A DNA stretch of 64,000 nucleotides from Eledone cirrhosa (taxonomy: Eukaryota), in assembly GCA_964016885.1 (NCBI GenBank), contig OZ024758.1, forward strand, positions 6,944,001-7,008,000, read 5' to 3'. The stretch's first letter is position 1, and every line of letters begins with the position of its first letter. A program made the translations under genes and the position numbers. Under the pieces are notes generated by a model. The model was not told where the DNA came from. It saw nothing but the letters and a program-made list of their open reading frames with translations, and made no database searches. Positions 1 to 13,350 of this stretch are shown here, in pieces.

Positions 1-142
1 GGGGGTCTTCTAAGTCCTCCACATCCACCCACACCATGTGGTGTATTTTATGAAACAAGAAGTGATAGGGTGTCATTTTCCCCCTTCTATTTCTTTTGTT
101 GTTTTATTGTTTATTTTTTTATTTTTATTTTCCTATAATGTG

Positions 143-385
143 AAGGTGTGCTGCAGCTGAGTGGTTAGGATGTTAAACTTATGATGGTAACCTCATGGGT
201 TCAATTCCTGGACCATGTGATGTTGTGTTCTGGCGAAAACATTTCATTTTATGTTGCTCCAGTCAACTCAACTGAAAATGAGTACCAGAAATAGCAGCAG
301 TTACGGGTGAACTCTGCAATGGACTGGCGTCCTGTCCAGGGGGAGTCTTATACTCTGTCACTTAATGCCAATGAAACCAGGGCAA
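143..385 (+). mobile_element. tRNA-derived CORE-type SINE (related copies about 57004-57115 +, 22430-22675 -, 13070-13245 -)
   Basis: A/B-box-like head (gctgagtggttagg...ggttcaattcc) followed by the CORE-like tgtgt(c/t)cttgagcaagacact segment seen in other copies. Confidence 0.65.
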
Positions 386-1439
386 GCTTTTGCCCGACAT
401 TACTATCTCCAGTGATATCTGGCCATGTTCCATTGTCAGGACTGACAGATTGTTTTTAAGAGACCTTGCAGGTTACTTCAGAAACTCTACCATATTAATC
501 TTGATAGCATGGCTGGTGACTTTAAGAAACATACTGAAGGACAAGCATGGTCATTCTCATGTAGATGAAGGATATGGCCTGAGATATAACTAGGGAAAAT
601 AACACCAATGGCAAGCAGGGAAATTGTGCCCCTGCCCAAACATCTGACACTCGCCTTTCAAATAACCACAATCCCAGCTCAAAAATAGGAATCACTTATG
701 GGTCTAATTTATATAAATAGTTTGATCCAGCCACCATAGAGGTTCTCACTCCTGATAATCAAAGACAGATCATACATCTGAAGAAGTTTCTTCTCTCACT
801 CTCCGACGATAGCTTATCTGACTTTAATAGGAAGTGGTTGCCATGGCAGGTATCCGTGCTGTGTTTGTCATACCCTAGTTACACCTCGGGATTTGGGTGT
901 GTTTTAAAACCACAAACCTGATGACTCTCTCATGCCTTTCTCAAGGATATTGACAATATATGTAAAGTAGTTAATAAAATGATAGGATGAATGAAATGAC
1001 CTACATGCTGTGGATCAATGTCTTATTGGAATCCTGTTTCAGTATAAATATCTGTTGGTTCACAAATACTTGCAATCTACTCCCCTCCCCGTCTCTCTTT
1101 CTCTCAGAGAGAGAGAATGTGTGTGTGTAAGATAAAAATTCATGATTAGCTGAAATTTTTTTCTTGACTACTCTCTCTCTAGCTAGTTATGGAAAAATAC
1201 TTTGATCGCTGTTTTTTTTTTTTTTTATTTTGAACTGTTTCAACTTCACATCTGAAAAGAGGGTAATAGTTCTGAAATATCATGTTGAAATATACTGTGT
1301 AAAAACATTACTTTGTTTTGTTTTATTTGTCATCATTTGCCCTTTATATATTTCTACCACATTGTACTGGCTTCTTGAAAGTTATCAGTCTTTTATTACA
1401 TATCTCACAATGCTTCGTACTAACTATATTACTTTACAC

Positions 1440-1671
1440 CAGGCGTGTCAAACTGAGGGTCACATGGGTCACATATGCGTTATCTGAAGGCCACACGACA
1501 ACTAACTGCGCACATTACAACTAATTTTTGAAATTTTATATTACGAAGATAAAACATGTTCGTGCTGTAAAAACCTGTGTGCAGGCCGCAGGTGAGCTTG
1601 TAAAGAGCCACAAGTGTGCTTGTAAAGGGCCATAGGTGTGTTTTTAAAGAGCCGCATGTTTGACATGCCTG
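1440..1671. mobile_element. hAT-type MITE
   Basis: TIR CAGGCGTGTCAAAC / GTTTGACATGCCTG, 8-bp TSD ctttacac/ctctacac; paralog at 51590. Confidence 0.8.
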
Positions 1672-1745
1672 CTCTACACTATTTATGATGATGATGATCC
1701 ATTTATATATTTACTTATTAACACTATTTTTATTTTATTTTCCAG

Positions 1746-1796
1746 GCTTTCTCAAACTGGAGGCTGAACATATGTACAGCCAAAGCTCCTTGCAAG
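1746..1796 (+). CDS. CARMIL1: CARMIL exon, PH domain ([17 protein letters not shown])
   Basis: tccag|GCT...AAG|gtaag, 51 nt, phase 0-0. Confidence 0.85.
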
Positions 1797-2853
1797 GTAA
1801 GAAAATATAACTTTATTATCACTAACTCCAACTATCATAAAAATTTGGTAGTAACGTGTGCTTACGCTGTATTTGACTAAATAGAATTAGTCTGTTAGTT
1901 GGAATTAAAAAAAAACCCTCTGAATGGAAAAAAGGATGGGTTTGGGCGTACATCTTTGGTTTGCTGGACCAATGTGTTACCAAGGATAATACATTGGACC
2001 ACATCCCATGTACGTCAATACTCATCCTTTTTTCCATTTAGAGAGTTTTTTTAAATCCCAACTAACAGACTAATTCTATGTAGTCAAATATGGCATAAGC
2101 ACACATTACTACCTAATTTTCAAACTCGCTGTTTACAGCCTGTGTCTCCCTGTGTCTCCCTGTTTATATCATCATAATGTTTTATTTTACATTTACATAT
2201 TTTTTGTCTGTATTCTCTTTTACTTCATATTTTAGGAGTACATATGAAATAGTGTATGTGTGCACATATATATATGCGAGATGTGTATGTATGTTGTGTG
2301 TAGGTAGTTTATTTAGAATTATATAATTATTGGTCAATACTATGTCTTCAAAAGTTTCTATAAATAACCTTGTGTCATTTATGTCTTGGAAAGAGAGCAT
2401 CAAAGGTATGAGGTGCTCAGAATGACTTTGGTGTGCTTAGCCTCACTGATGCTCAGAAGAAAGAGGCCTAGAATTGTTATGAGGGGGTTGATGTATGTAG
2501 AGAGGAAAAGGGAATAACCCTCTCCCAGTAAACCCAACACTATCCAGTTATTGAGGCTGACCTTTATATGGTCAAAGGGACTACTCCTCTACCTCAGTAG
2601 ACCCAACATAGTGTCCAGCTATTGAGGATGACCTTTATATGGTCAAAAGGACCCCCCCCCCCAGTGAATTACTATTAACAATTGATGTTAATAGTAACTC
2701 ACTTTATATAAAGTTATCTCACTTAGACTTAGAAGCAGCCAAAGTGCTTTAATGACCAGAGGTCAGTTGCAGCTCTCAATACACCGTTCCAACTTTTGTT
2801 GACAGGTTTCGGGTTTCTGCTGATTGTCTGCCACTAGTTCATCTTTGGATATG

Positions 2854-2888
<35 letters not shown>

Positions 2889-2985
2889 TGTATGTATGTA
2901 TGTATGTATGTATGTATGTATGTATGTATGTATGTATGTATGTATGTATGTATGTATGTATGTATGTATGTATGTATATATATGT

Positions 2986-3037
<52 letters not shown>

Positions 3038-3355
3038 ATGTGTATATATATATATATGTATATATGAAAAAGAACACAAGAGCATCTACAACATCAAAAG
3101 ATTTTTATTGGCTTACAATGTTTCTTCCTTATGTAACCGTAGGATTCGTCAGAGCTATAAAAGGGGTTTGATTGGTGTTATGGACTCTACCAACCAAACA
3201 TTCAAGAACAAAGAGTAAAGAGAGTAAAGAGCAAAAGTAGGGGACAATAAGTCTAATTTTGGTGCGGGAGGGTGGGGTGTGGGTCCTTGTTTACTAGCTG
3301 CGGTCATATTGATTCCCGGGAGTCGGGTGGTTAGCTGAACCATAGATGGGGTGGC

Positions 3356-3400
<45 letters not shown>

Positions 3401-3633
3401 ATCAAGGTCTAGCAAATAGAGAAAAAGTTTTAAAATAAATTTTAAAAAGTTTGCTGTACTTACTATATGTGCCTTTGCCGCGCAGTTTCAAATCCCAAAA
3501 TAGATTTTGCTAGATCTTGATTTTATATGTCCTGGCTTGTTAATTTATTAACCTGCCATAGAACCACACTGGCATACAGTTGGATAATACTTGTATCCCT
3601 ATATGTATTTTTTACACGTAGGAACACATACTT

Positions 3634-3670
<37 letters not shown>

Positions 3671-3998
3671 AATAATGAATCAAAACATAAAATATGTTTA
3701 GAATTTTGTGTTTCTCAATAAGCAAGCTCAATAGACTTTATCTAGAGCCATAATAACCAGATAAAGAGATATATGTATATATAAAGAGAGAAAGAGACAT
3801 ATATCGCACAAGATATATGTCTCTTTCTCTCTCTATATATATATATATCTTTATTTGGTTATCATCATCATCATCAGGTTTAGCGTCCGTGATCCACGCT
3901 TGCATGGGTTTGGACGGGGGTTTTCCCACTTGAGGCAAGAGTGGTTGTCTTGCTCGCATAGGACTGTCTGGCGGGTTTTCTACAGTTGGATGCCCTTC

Positions 3999-4073
<75 letters not shown>

Positions 4074-7000
4074 ATAGACTTAGTCTTTCCTGCATCTTGA
4101 GATGCACAAGGTAGCCAAAGTGCTCTAATGACCAGTCACTTGCATCTATCATTATTGCCATTTCATCTTGTAATGTCCTCTTTACGTCTTTCTATGGGGA
4201 GTGGGGTGGGGCTACCTTATATAATACAGGACCTTATATAAAGTTGAATAGAAAAAGAAAAAAAAAGCTCAGAAAGTTAGAAATTTAATAGCAGCTAACC
4301 ACTTTTAAATCAGCTGTTGTATTATTTTCATTATGTACTTGGTAAATATAGAAAACAATTGTATTTGAAATCCTTTAATCCTCTTACATTATACAGTTCC
4401 ACCATGTTATCTGATCCAAATAATTCACAATTTATTGAAACTATTTATCATTTGTTTCATTATAAATACACTTTATATTTCTATATTTGATCAGTAGCAT
4501 TGTCAGCATATTTATTATTTCAGGAATTTATTTGCTGAACATGAGCCCAAATGATCACTAAGCTGTATTAGCTTCAGGGGGACCAGGGAAAGGAGGAGGG
4601 TGGGAGTAGGGGTCATATTTACTGGTGATGTGCAGTCATTCTTCTTTACCTCAAAGTTAATCCAGTTTGTCCTTATATAATATATAATCTACATTACATT
4701 TAACCCTTTAGCATTTACATTACTCTATATTTACTATTATACTTTCATGGTAAAAGCTTTACCTCACATAATATCAAATCTATGAGATCTTGATATTATT
4801 TATTTTGAGAACAATACCTTAACATCAGTATGAGTGGCTGGTTATGGCTGGTTTGAACAGAAAGTGGTGACAGAATTCTGGCCAGTTTAACTGCGAAAGG
4901 GTTAATATAAATAAAATTTCCTGAAGCCTAAGTAAAGTGATTATGTAACCTAAATATTTATCCTGTGTAACCCATTAGGATTTAAACCGACCATATCCAG
5001 CCAGAATTCTTTCACCTCTTTCTGTTCAAACCGGCCGTAACTGGTCACTCATACTGATGTTAAGGTATTGTTCTCAAAATAAATATCAAAATCTCATAGA
5101 TTCAATATTATGTGAGATAAAACCTTTGCCATGAAACTGCATTAGTATATATAGAGTAATATAAATACTAAAGGTTAAAAACTCCTAAGTTTTGCCACTA
5201 ATAAGATCAAGACAGTTCCTGTGGTGAGGACATCCATATTTTCTACTGTTTCAGTTGTATTTTCAGTGGCAAGTCGTTTCTTTAAGGATTTTCATAGTTT
5301 ATTTTACTTTTAGATACCGTATATACTTGGAATATAAGCCAAGGAATATGTGACCAAAAACTTTGATTGTAAAATGGGGAGGTCAGCTTATATACGCCAT
5401 CTAAACATCATCATCATTTTACGTCCGCTTTTCCCTGCTTGCAAGTGTGGGACGGGTCCTATTCAGCACAGCATCTCTTCATTCGTCACGGTCCTTCGTC
5501 ATCTCCTCTGTAAACAATGTATTGATTAGCTGCCTTGGCTTATAAATGGGGTTTGGATTTTTTGCCCATTTCTTAGACATAAAATACAGGAGCCAGATTA
5601 TATTTGGATTGGCTTATATTCCAGTAGATACGGTATGTCTTGTTTTGGGTGCTTTTTCATACTTGAGTCATCATCATCATTACCATCATCATTGCTTTCG
5701 TTCTTTGTTTTGGCATCAATACTGTTGCTATTTTGTGTAATTTGTTTGCAGTTCTACTAACCTTCATTATTGAATATTCCTCTCTCCTTCCTCATTGATT
5801 TCTCTGCCATAGTAATGGATTTCATCAACAGTTTTCTGAGAATTTCTTCGATTTTTTTTTTTTTTTTTTTTTTGCCTCATTGCATTGATTGACATTTTGT
5901 GGCATTTTATTCCCTGCATGGTGTCTGTGTGTGTGTATATATAGCAATAATAATAAATTTGAAGACTAAAATCCAAAGAGGGCTCAATAAGGATAAATAT
6001 ATAAGAACCCTAGAGCAAATATTTATTAAAATAACAGAAGATCCCGTTCAGGGATAAATGAGCGATTCTTTGCTTAAACTTTAATCTGTTATTTTAATAA
6101 ATATATATATATATAATGATCATTTTCTCATTTCTGGCGCCACCCCTTGGTTAGTAGTCACTGAGGAAGTCGCAGAATGTGTGACGAAAGAGCTTTGTCA
6201 ATCAACTGAACAACCATCTGGTTATTAAACTAACTGACTGGGAAACCCAACAAGTGCATGTGTTTTTATTGGCAACATCACCCTCCCGAAGTATAACAAT
6301 ATATATATATATTTCACGGAATTAAAATTTACAACATATCTTCCAGTATGGCCTTTTGTTGTCGTTTTAAATACTTTACTCAGTTTCTTGCACCAACCAT
6401 TGGATAACACTTCCACAATGGATGACATCTGTAATGTTGAGTGCTTTGAAAATTTGTTGCATCATGATTTACCTACCAGAACTACCAGGAAGGGCATCCA
6501 GCTGTAGAAAAGCAGCCAGAAAGTCCTATATGAGCAAGACACGGTCACCTGACCCAACTTGCCTCTAAATGGGTCAAACCCGTCTAACCCAAGCTAGCGT
6601 GGAAGATGGACATTAAACTATGATGATGATGATGATGATATATAGGTAAAAGCCTGTCTAAGGAAGGAGGCTAGTGAGGTGGAGTAGCTGTTGCAGTGGG
6701 TGTCACTAGCCATTCTCTGCAGCAATACTTTTGCTATTTTATCTGCAGGGTGCAGCTGCAACACCGCTCAGACTGGGCTATGAAGCCTATCACACCCTCT
6801 TCTTTTTTCCTTACTCTTTTCTCTCTTTTTATTTTATTTCCTTATTGTTATTGTACATTCACTAGTGGATATTTTGTATTGAAATAAATGTTTGAATAAA
6901 GTTTATTAAGAACAGGTTTCTGAAAAAAACCATGACCTGATTTAAGCAAGTAAAAGAATAATTTGTTAGCTTTGAAACATGTATTGGCAATCTCTTATGT

Positions 7001-10000
7001 AAAAGCATCCAGCTGTAGAAACAAAGCCAGAATACAGATCTGTATGAACATGACATGGTCTCTAGGCCTGTCTTGTCTCATGAGACAACTCGTCTAACCC
7101 ATTCAAGCGTGGAAAAAGGACATTAAATGATGAGGATGATGATGATGATGAAAGAGAACATCATCATCATCATCATCATCATTTTACGTCCCCTTTTTCC
7201 CTGCTTGCAAGGGTGGGACGGGAACTGATTCTGACTTGATTTCTACAGCTGGATGCCCTTCCTAACACCAACCTCCACGACCACTTTGCAGTGGAATGAT
7301 AGGGACTCCCAGTCCCTATCATCTCATTTCTACAGCTGAGTAAACTGGAGCAATGTGAAATAAAGTGTCTTGCTCAAGGAAACAACACTAGAACAATAGA
7401 ATGCTTTTCAAATTTGTATAAATTTTCAGGGTTAGGTTTATTATACTTACATTAAACTTATCTTCTAATATATACTGTGTTGTATATCTATATTATATAT
7501 CATCATTGTATATCTATATTATATTCATCATCATCATTGTCTAACAGCCATTTTTTCCATGCTAGTTGTCCCATTGACTTAAGTCAGGACAGAACTGTTT
7601 CTGGGTTGGTTTCTATGGCTGGAAGCCCTTCCTAATGCCAACCACATCTACAGCGTGGACTGGATGCCCTTTATCACGGCACCAAAACAACCACTTTACA
7701 GCGTGGACTGGGTGCTTTTTGTCATGACACTTACACTCCTGCTTTACAGTGAGAACTTGGTACTTTTTGTTGTGACACCTACATGATCACTTTACAGTGT
7801 GGACTGGGTGCTTCTTTTCATGTCACCTACATAACCACCTTACAGTGTGTACTGGGCACTTATGTTGTGTCACCGTTATTATTTATATTATATATACTGT
7901 ATTGTATATCTATATAACATATTTATATTATATTTGTATCCTTTTTTGCAGTTTTATTCAGTGTTATTTTCTTCTGTTTTCAGTTGGAACATTCATTTCA
8001 TTATCTCGATATCCAAACTATAGAAAGTCCAAATACAAACAAGGTAAGATATTGACTAATGCACACACAATCCTGTAACTCCTGATGGAGTCGTAGGAGG
8101 GACATATTGACATACATCATTTCTAGGGCATTTTTAAAACCTGGTAGAGATCATCTCCTCTCCAGGTCTGAATACAGAAGATTCCTTCTAGAGGAGGGTA
8201 GAGAGTGTGAGAGAGAAAGGATGTGAGAAAGAGATATAGAGGAAGTATCAACCCCAGTAGTTGACTGGTACATTTTTTATTGACCTCAAACGAATGAAAA
8301 GCAAAGTTGACTTCAGCAGAATTTGAACTGAGAGAGCAGAGAGCTGAAATGAATACTGCAAAACATTCTAGCCGATGTAACAACTCTGCCAAATTGCAGC
8401 TTAAGATATCGACTAAACAGAAGATAAAAAGGAAAAGTATTTGTTGTGAACCTCTTATAGTATTTTGATTTTAATTCTGCATTTTTCTAAGTAAATTTTC
8501 AGCAATTGAATTATTTAATTTACAGAACAAAATTTCAAAGCTCAAACAATTTCTTTCATAACAGAAACAAACATATTAACGCTGAACATTTTTTTATAAG
8601 ACTTGTACTAATGGGGTCATTCTCCATTTATCCCGTAACTCCTGAGGGAGTCGTAGGGGAGGGAATCGTAGGGGCACTGTATTGACATACAGTGTTTGTT
8701 AGGGCACTTTTTAAAATTGACGGAGCCCATTTTATCTTTAGCATTCAACATAGCAGATTTCTTCCAGGGAAAGATAAAGAGTGAAAGAATGGAAGTGAGA
8801 AACAGGAAACATTGATCCCAGTACTAGAGTGGTACTTATTTATCGACTTAGAATGGATGAAAGACAAAGTTGACCTAAGCAGGATTTGAATTCAGAGAGT
8901 AGAGAGCTGAACCGTATACCACAAAGCATTCTATCTGCCTTTCTAATGAATCTGCCAATTCACCACCTTAATGGGGTTGTTAGAGGGTAGGAAAAAATAC
9001 CAAATTGCATTATTTTCTCTGGTTCTCTGTATTCTGAGTTCAGACCCTGCTGAGATCAACTTTGCTGTTTATACTTTCAGGGTTGATAAAATAAAGTACA
9101 AGTCTCAGGTGGTAGATTGAAAGAATTGTTAGTGACAAATGAGATGTCTTGGGTGAGAGGAAAGTCGATTAATTTGACCCCAGTATGTTACTGGTACTTT
9201 ATTTTATCATCCTCGTAAGGATGAAAGGCAAAGCTAACCTCAGCAGGATTTGAACTCAGACTGCCAATCCACCACCCTAAAAATAATGGTTTCTGATATA
9301 GGCATAAGGCCAACAATGTTTGAGAAGGGGGTAGGCGATTAAATTGACCCCAGTGCGTTACTGGTATTTTATTTTATCAAACCCTCCATGTAGATGAAAG
9401 GCAAATTTAACCTCAGCGAGATTTGAACTAGGAATATAAAGGGACGCAACTATATGCTGCAAAGCCTGTTGTCAGATGCTCTACCGATTCTACTGCTAAT
9501 CTACCACCTTTCTCCAACATATAATGACTAGATTCTTCTTTGTTTCAGCTTTCTCTAACAGTCGATGGTAAACAGTTTCACTTTGTTCCACAAGAACCCG
9601 ATCCTGATAAATTAAATTTCCTTATTACTCACATAGGAGTCTCTCTACAAAGTGTCTTCCCTGATGTACCTTTGGAGTAAGTAGACACCTTTTATAGACT
9701 TTCAGGTCTTTGGTACCTTAGTACTTTCTGGATTCCAAATAGACATTCAAAACAGAGGCACTTGAGTTGTGCAATGAGCACATTTACATGCACACACATG
9801 CACACACACACACATGTGCATACACATCCATGCACATGTGCATGCATACACATGTGGACATACATGCACTCGCACCACATACATGCACATATGCATACAC
9901 ACGTGCACATACACACATGTTCACATATACTCATTCACATACAAGCACATGTAAAATCTGTCCAGTGATTCTTCCCTGAGACATTCTAACCATATGTCCT

Positions 10001-13000
10001 TAGTATTGGAGCTGTGATCTTTCAATTCAGAGAAGTAGCAACTGTACCTGGAGTGACTCTCCAGTGATTCTTTCTTGATATTCTAACCCCATGCCCATAG
10101 TATTGGAGCTGTGATCTCTCAATTCAGAGAAGTAACAGCTCTACCTGGAGTGATTCTCTGATCCCCAAGTTACGCACTTTGTTAAAATACACACGCGTAA
10201 TATTTATTTATTAAATCCTCAGCAACACATTGCCTTATACAGAAGCAGGTTTTATAGTTTATCTTAACAAAATGTATTTCATTGAGAATAATATGTCTAT
10301 TTTTGTTTTACTTTGTTCAGACGCTTGGTAAAAAAGATTGATGTCATTCCACCAGAACGGTTGCATCTGATGCACACCATTATCAAAGACAAAGCAAAGA
10401 AAGATCCTGGTCCCTGTAGAGGGTTTTCTCATATGTATGCTTCTATGTGTGACTATCATCATCTTCCATATCGAGACGATGTTGCTTGGGTATGTGAAAT
10501 CTCTTAGTTTTGGAACATTTAAGTGTAGTGTTGTCATTAGAAACGTTTTTTTATGGACTACAAAAGCTTCATGTTGAATCTGCTGCCATCTTAACCCATT
10601 AGCAAAGGAGATAACAAATGAATGCAACTTGTGCAGATGTTATTTTGGAGAAGATCTGTCCATCTTATTTATGCAGGCATGGCAAAGTGGACATAAATGT
10701 GGTGGTGATGGTGGTAATGGTGATGTTAGATGTGGTAGTGATGGTGATGGTACCTAATGGGATAAGCTGGCAAAAGACTTGATATCGGCAAGATTCGACA
10801 TGAAGCTTTTCTAGTGCAACAGATTGATGTCTTCTTTCCTACTTATTTTCATTTGGGATTTTGTTTCCATGTCTGGAGTTTCTTCTCCAGAGTTAGTTCT
10901 TACATAAAATTATGATTGGAGGTTTTTAGATAAATATAAACACTTCATCAAACTGCTCATCTGTATGACATATTGTTTAACTAAGACATAAATATGTCAT
11001 TGCTTACTTTAAACAGTGTTGATATGAAGGCACATGAAGATAAACACACACACACACACGCATCAGATATTTTTAGTATCTCAGCAATGTTATACAACAG
11101 TCTAGCTACCTTTCTTATCTTCATACTTTTATTTCTTTTATCTACAGTCCTGTTAACATTACTGGCTGTCCTTCAGTTGGGTCTACTTGGGGTAGGACCG
11201 CTCTCTCTCCCATGCATTCTACTCAATCAACAAGTTCTCATAATGATACTTTCATGCCTCTTTCTATTCAGTATTGGGAAGGGCATGCCCTTCCCAATTT
11301 TGGGGGAGGGGAAAGTTGGTTAAATCGGCACCAGTGCGTGACTGGTACTTTATTTTATCGACCCCATAAGGATGAAAGGCAAAGTTAACCTCGGCAGGAT
11401 TTGAACTCAGACCGTAAAGGGTTGTAACTCTATGCCACTAAGCATGTTGTCTGACATTCTACTGCCAATCCATAACAACAACAATAACAATAGGTGTCTG
11501 ACAATTTTGTATATGTAATTAGTGCTTCAAAGGTGACCTGAAAAAAGTTTCTTATATAGGCACAAGGCCAGCAATTTTGGGGGTGGGTAAAGTAAGATTA
11601 AATCGACCCCAGTACGTTACTGGTACCTTATTTTATCGACCCCGTAAGGATGAAAGGCAAAGTTAAGCTTGGCAGGATGTGAACTCAGATCATAAAGGGC
11701 CGTAACTCTATGCTGCAAAGCATGGCAACCGACCCTCTACCGATACTGCCAATCCACCGCCCTCAATGCAGTTATTAATAATAAGAGTTGAAATTAATGC
11801 ATGCAAGATTTCACAGCTCTAGCGTCACTCCTTGATAGTCAGCCTATGAACTTTTCTGTCGAGCCTCATATTAAATGAAGCCTCAAATTCTCTGATTATA
11901 TTTTAAGATTATATTTTAAGAAGTGAAAGAGAAAACCAAATGAAATATTCTGTAAAGATTATTCAAGTTCTTATCAGACAAGCTAGTCAGAATGTCTTGC
12001 TGTATCTATTTAGTTCTTCTTGTTTTTTATTGATTAGTCTTTTTATTATATTTCTGTAATTTAATTATCTTTTATTATATTTCTGTAATTCAATTAGGTT
12101 TTTATTGTATTTATTTTTGTATATTTTTTTTCTAGGATGTTGATACTATATATCTAACTCATGACACAAAAGAGCTGAAGTTAAAAGATTTTGATCACTT
12201 AGAAAGCAGGTGAGTTTGTATGTGTGGGTGTTTGTGTATGTTTGTTTGTGTGTGGGTGTGTGTGTGTGCTTGTGCATGCATATGTGGGTGTGCATGTGAA
12301 CATGTGTGTGTAAAGACAAAAAGGTTTCTATATAGTGCTTTTAGTTTGAGTTAAAATCTGTGGCAGATATTTTGTTGTGTCTCTGTACAAGATGTATGTA
12401 TTGATCTGTAACCCCTGGGGGAGTCGTAGATGTGCCGTATTGACATAGTGTGTCTAGGGCATTTTAAAACCTGGCAGAGCACATCTCCTCTCCAGGTCTG
12501 AATACAGCAGATTTCTTCCAGAGAAGGATAGACAGTGAAAGAATGAAAGTGAGAAAGCAATATAGAAGAATCAACCCCAGTACTTGTTTGGTACTTTTTT
12601 GTTATCAATCTTAACCCTTTAGCATTTAAACCAGCCATATCCAGCCAGAATTCTCTCACCTCTTTCTATTCAAACCATCTGTAACTGGCCACTCATCCTG
12701 ATGTTAAGGTATTGTTATCAAAATCTCATAGATTCGATATTATGTGAGATACTTATGTGAGGTAAAGCCTTTACCATGAAAATACAGTAGTAAATATATA
12801 TGAAAAAATTCAGGACCCCTGACGTCTGAGCTCTGGCCGTTTCAACAGCTATATCATCATCATCATCATCACCGTTTTTATGTCCGTTCTTCCACGCTAG
12901 CATGGGTTAGACGGGTTGTCCTGTTGTGGGCAGTGTCCGGTCGGCTGACCTTGTCTTGCTCATACGGGAACTGATTCTGGCTTGATTTCTACAGCTCGAT

Positions 13001-13245
13001 GCCCTTCCTAACACCAACCTCATTTACAGTGAGTGCTGGGTGCTTTTTTGCCATGGCATCTCCACGACCACTTTGCAGTGGAATGATAGGGACTCCAGCC
13101 CCTATCATCTCATTTCTACAGCTGAGTAAACTGGAGCAATGTGAAATAAAGTGTCTTGCTCAAGGAAAGAACACATCACCCGGTCTGAGAATTGAACTCA
13201 CAACCTTTTGATTGCAAGGCCAATGCTCTAACCACTAAACCATGC

Positions 13246-13298
<53 letters not shown>

Positions 13299-13314
13299 GT
13301 GTGTGCGTGTGCGC

Positions 13315-13350
<36 letters not shown>

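Noticed and set aside
6155-6205. Sense-strand hammerhead-like motif CUGAGGA-A-GUCGCA/UGUGAC-GAAA as a functional ribozyme
   Set aside because: Stems I and III and the cleavage triplet do not form convincingly; kept only as a degenerate family member.
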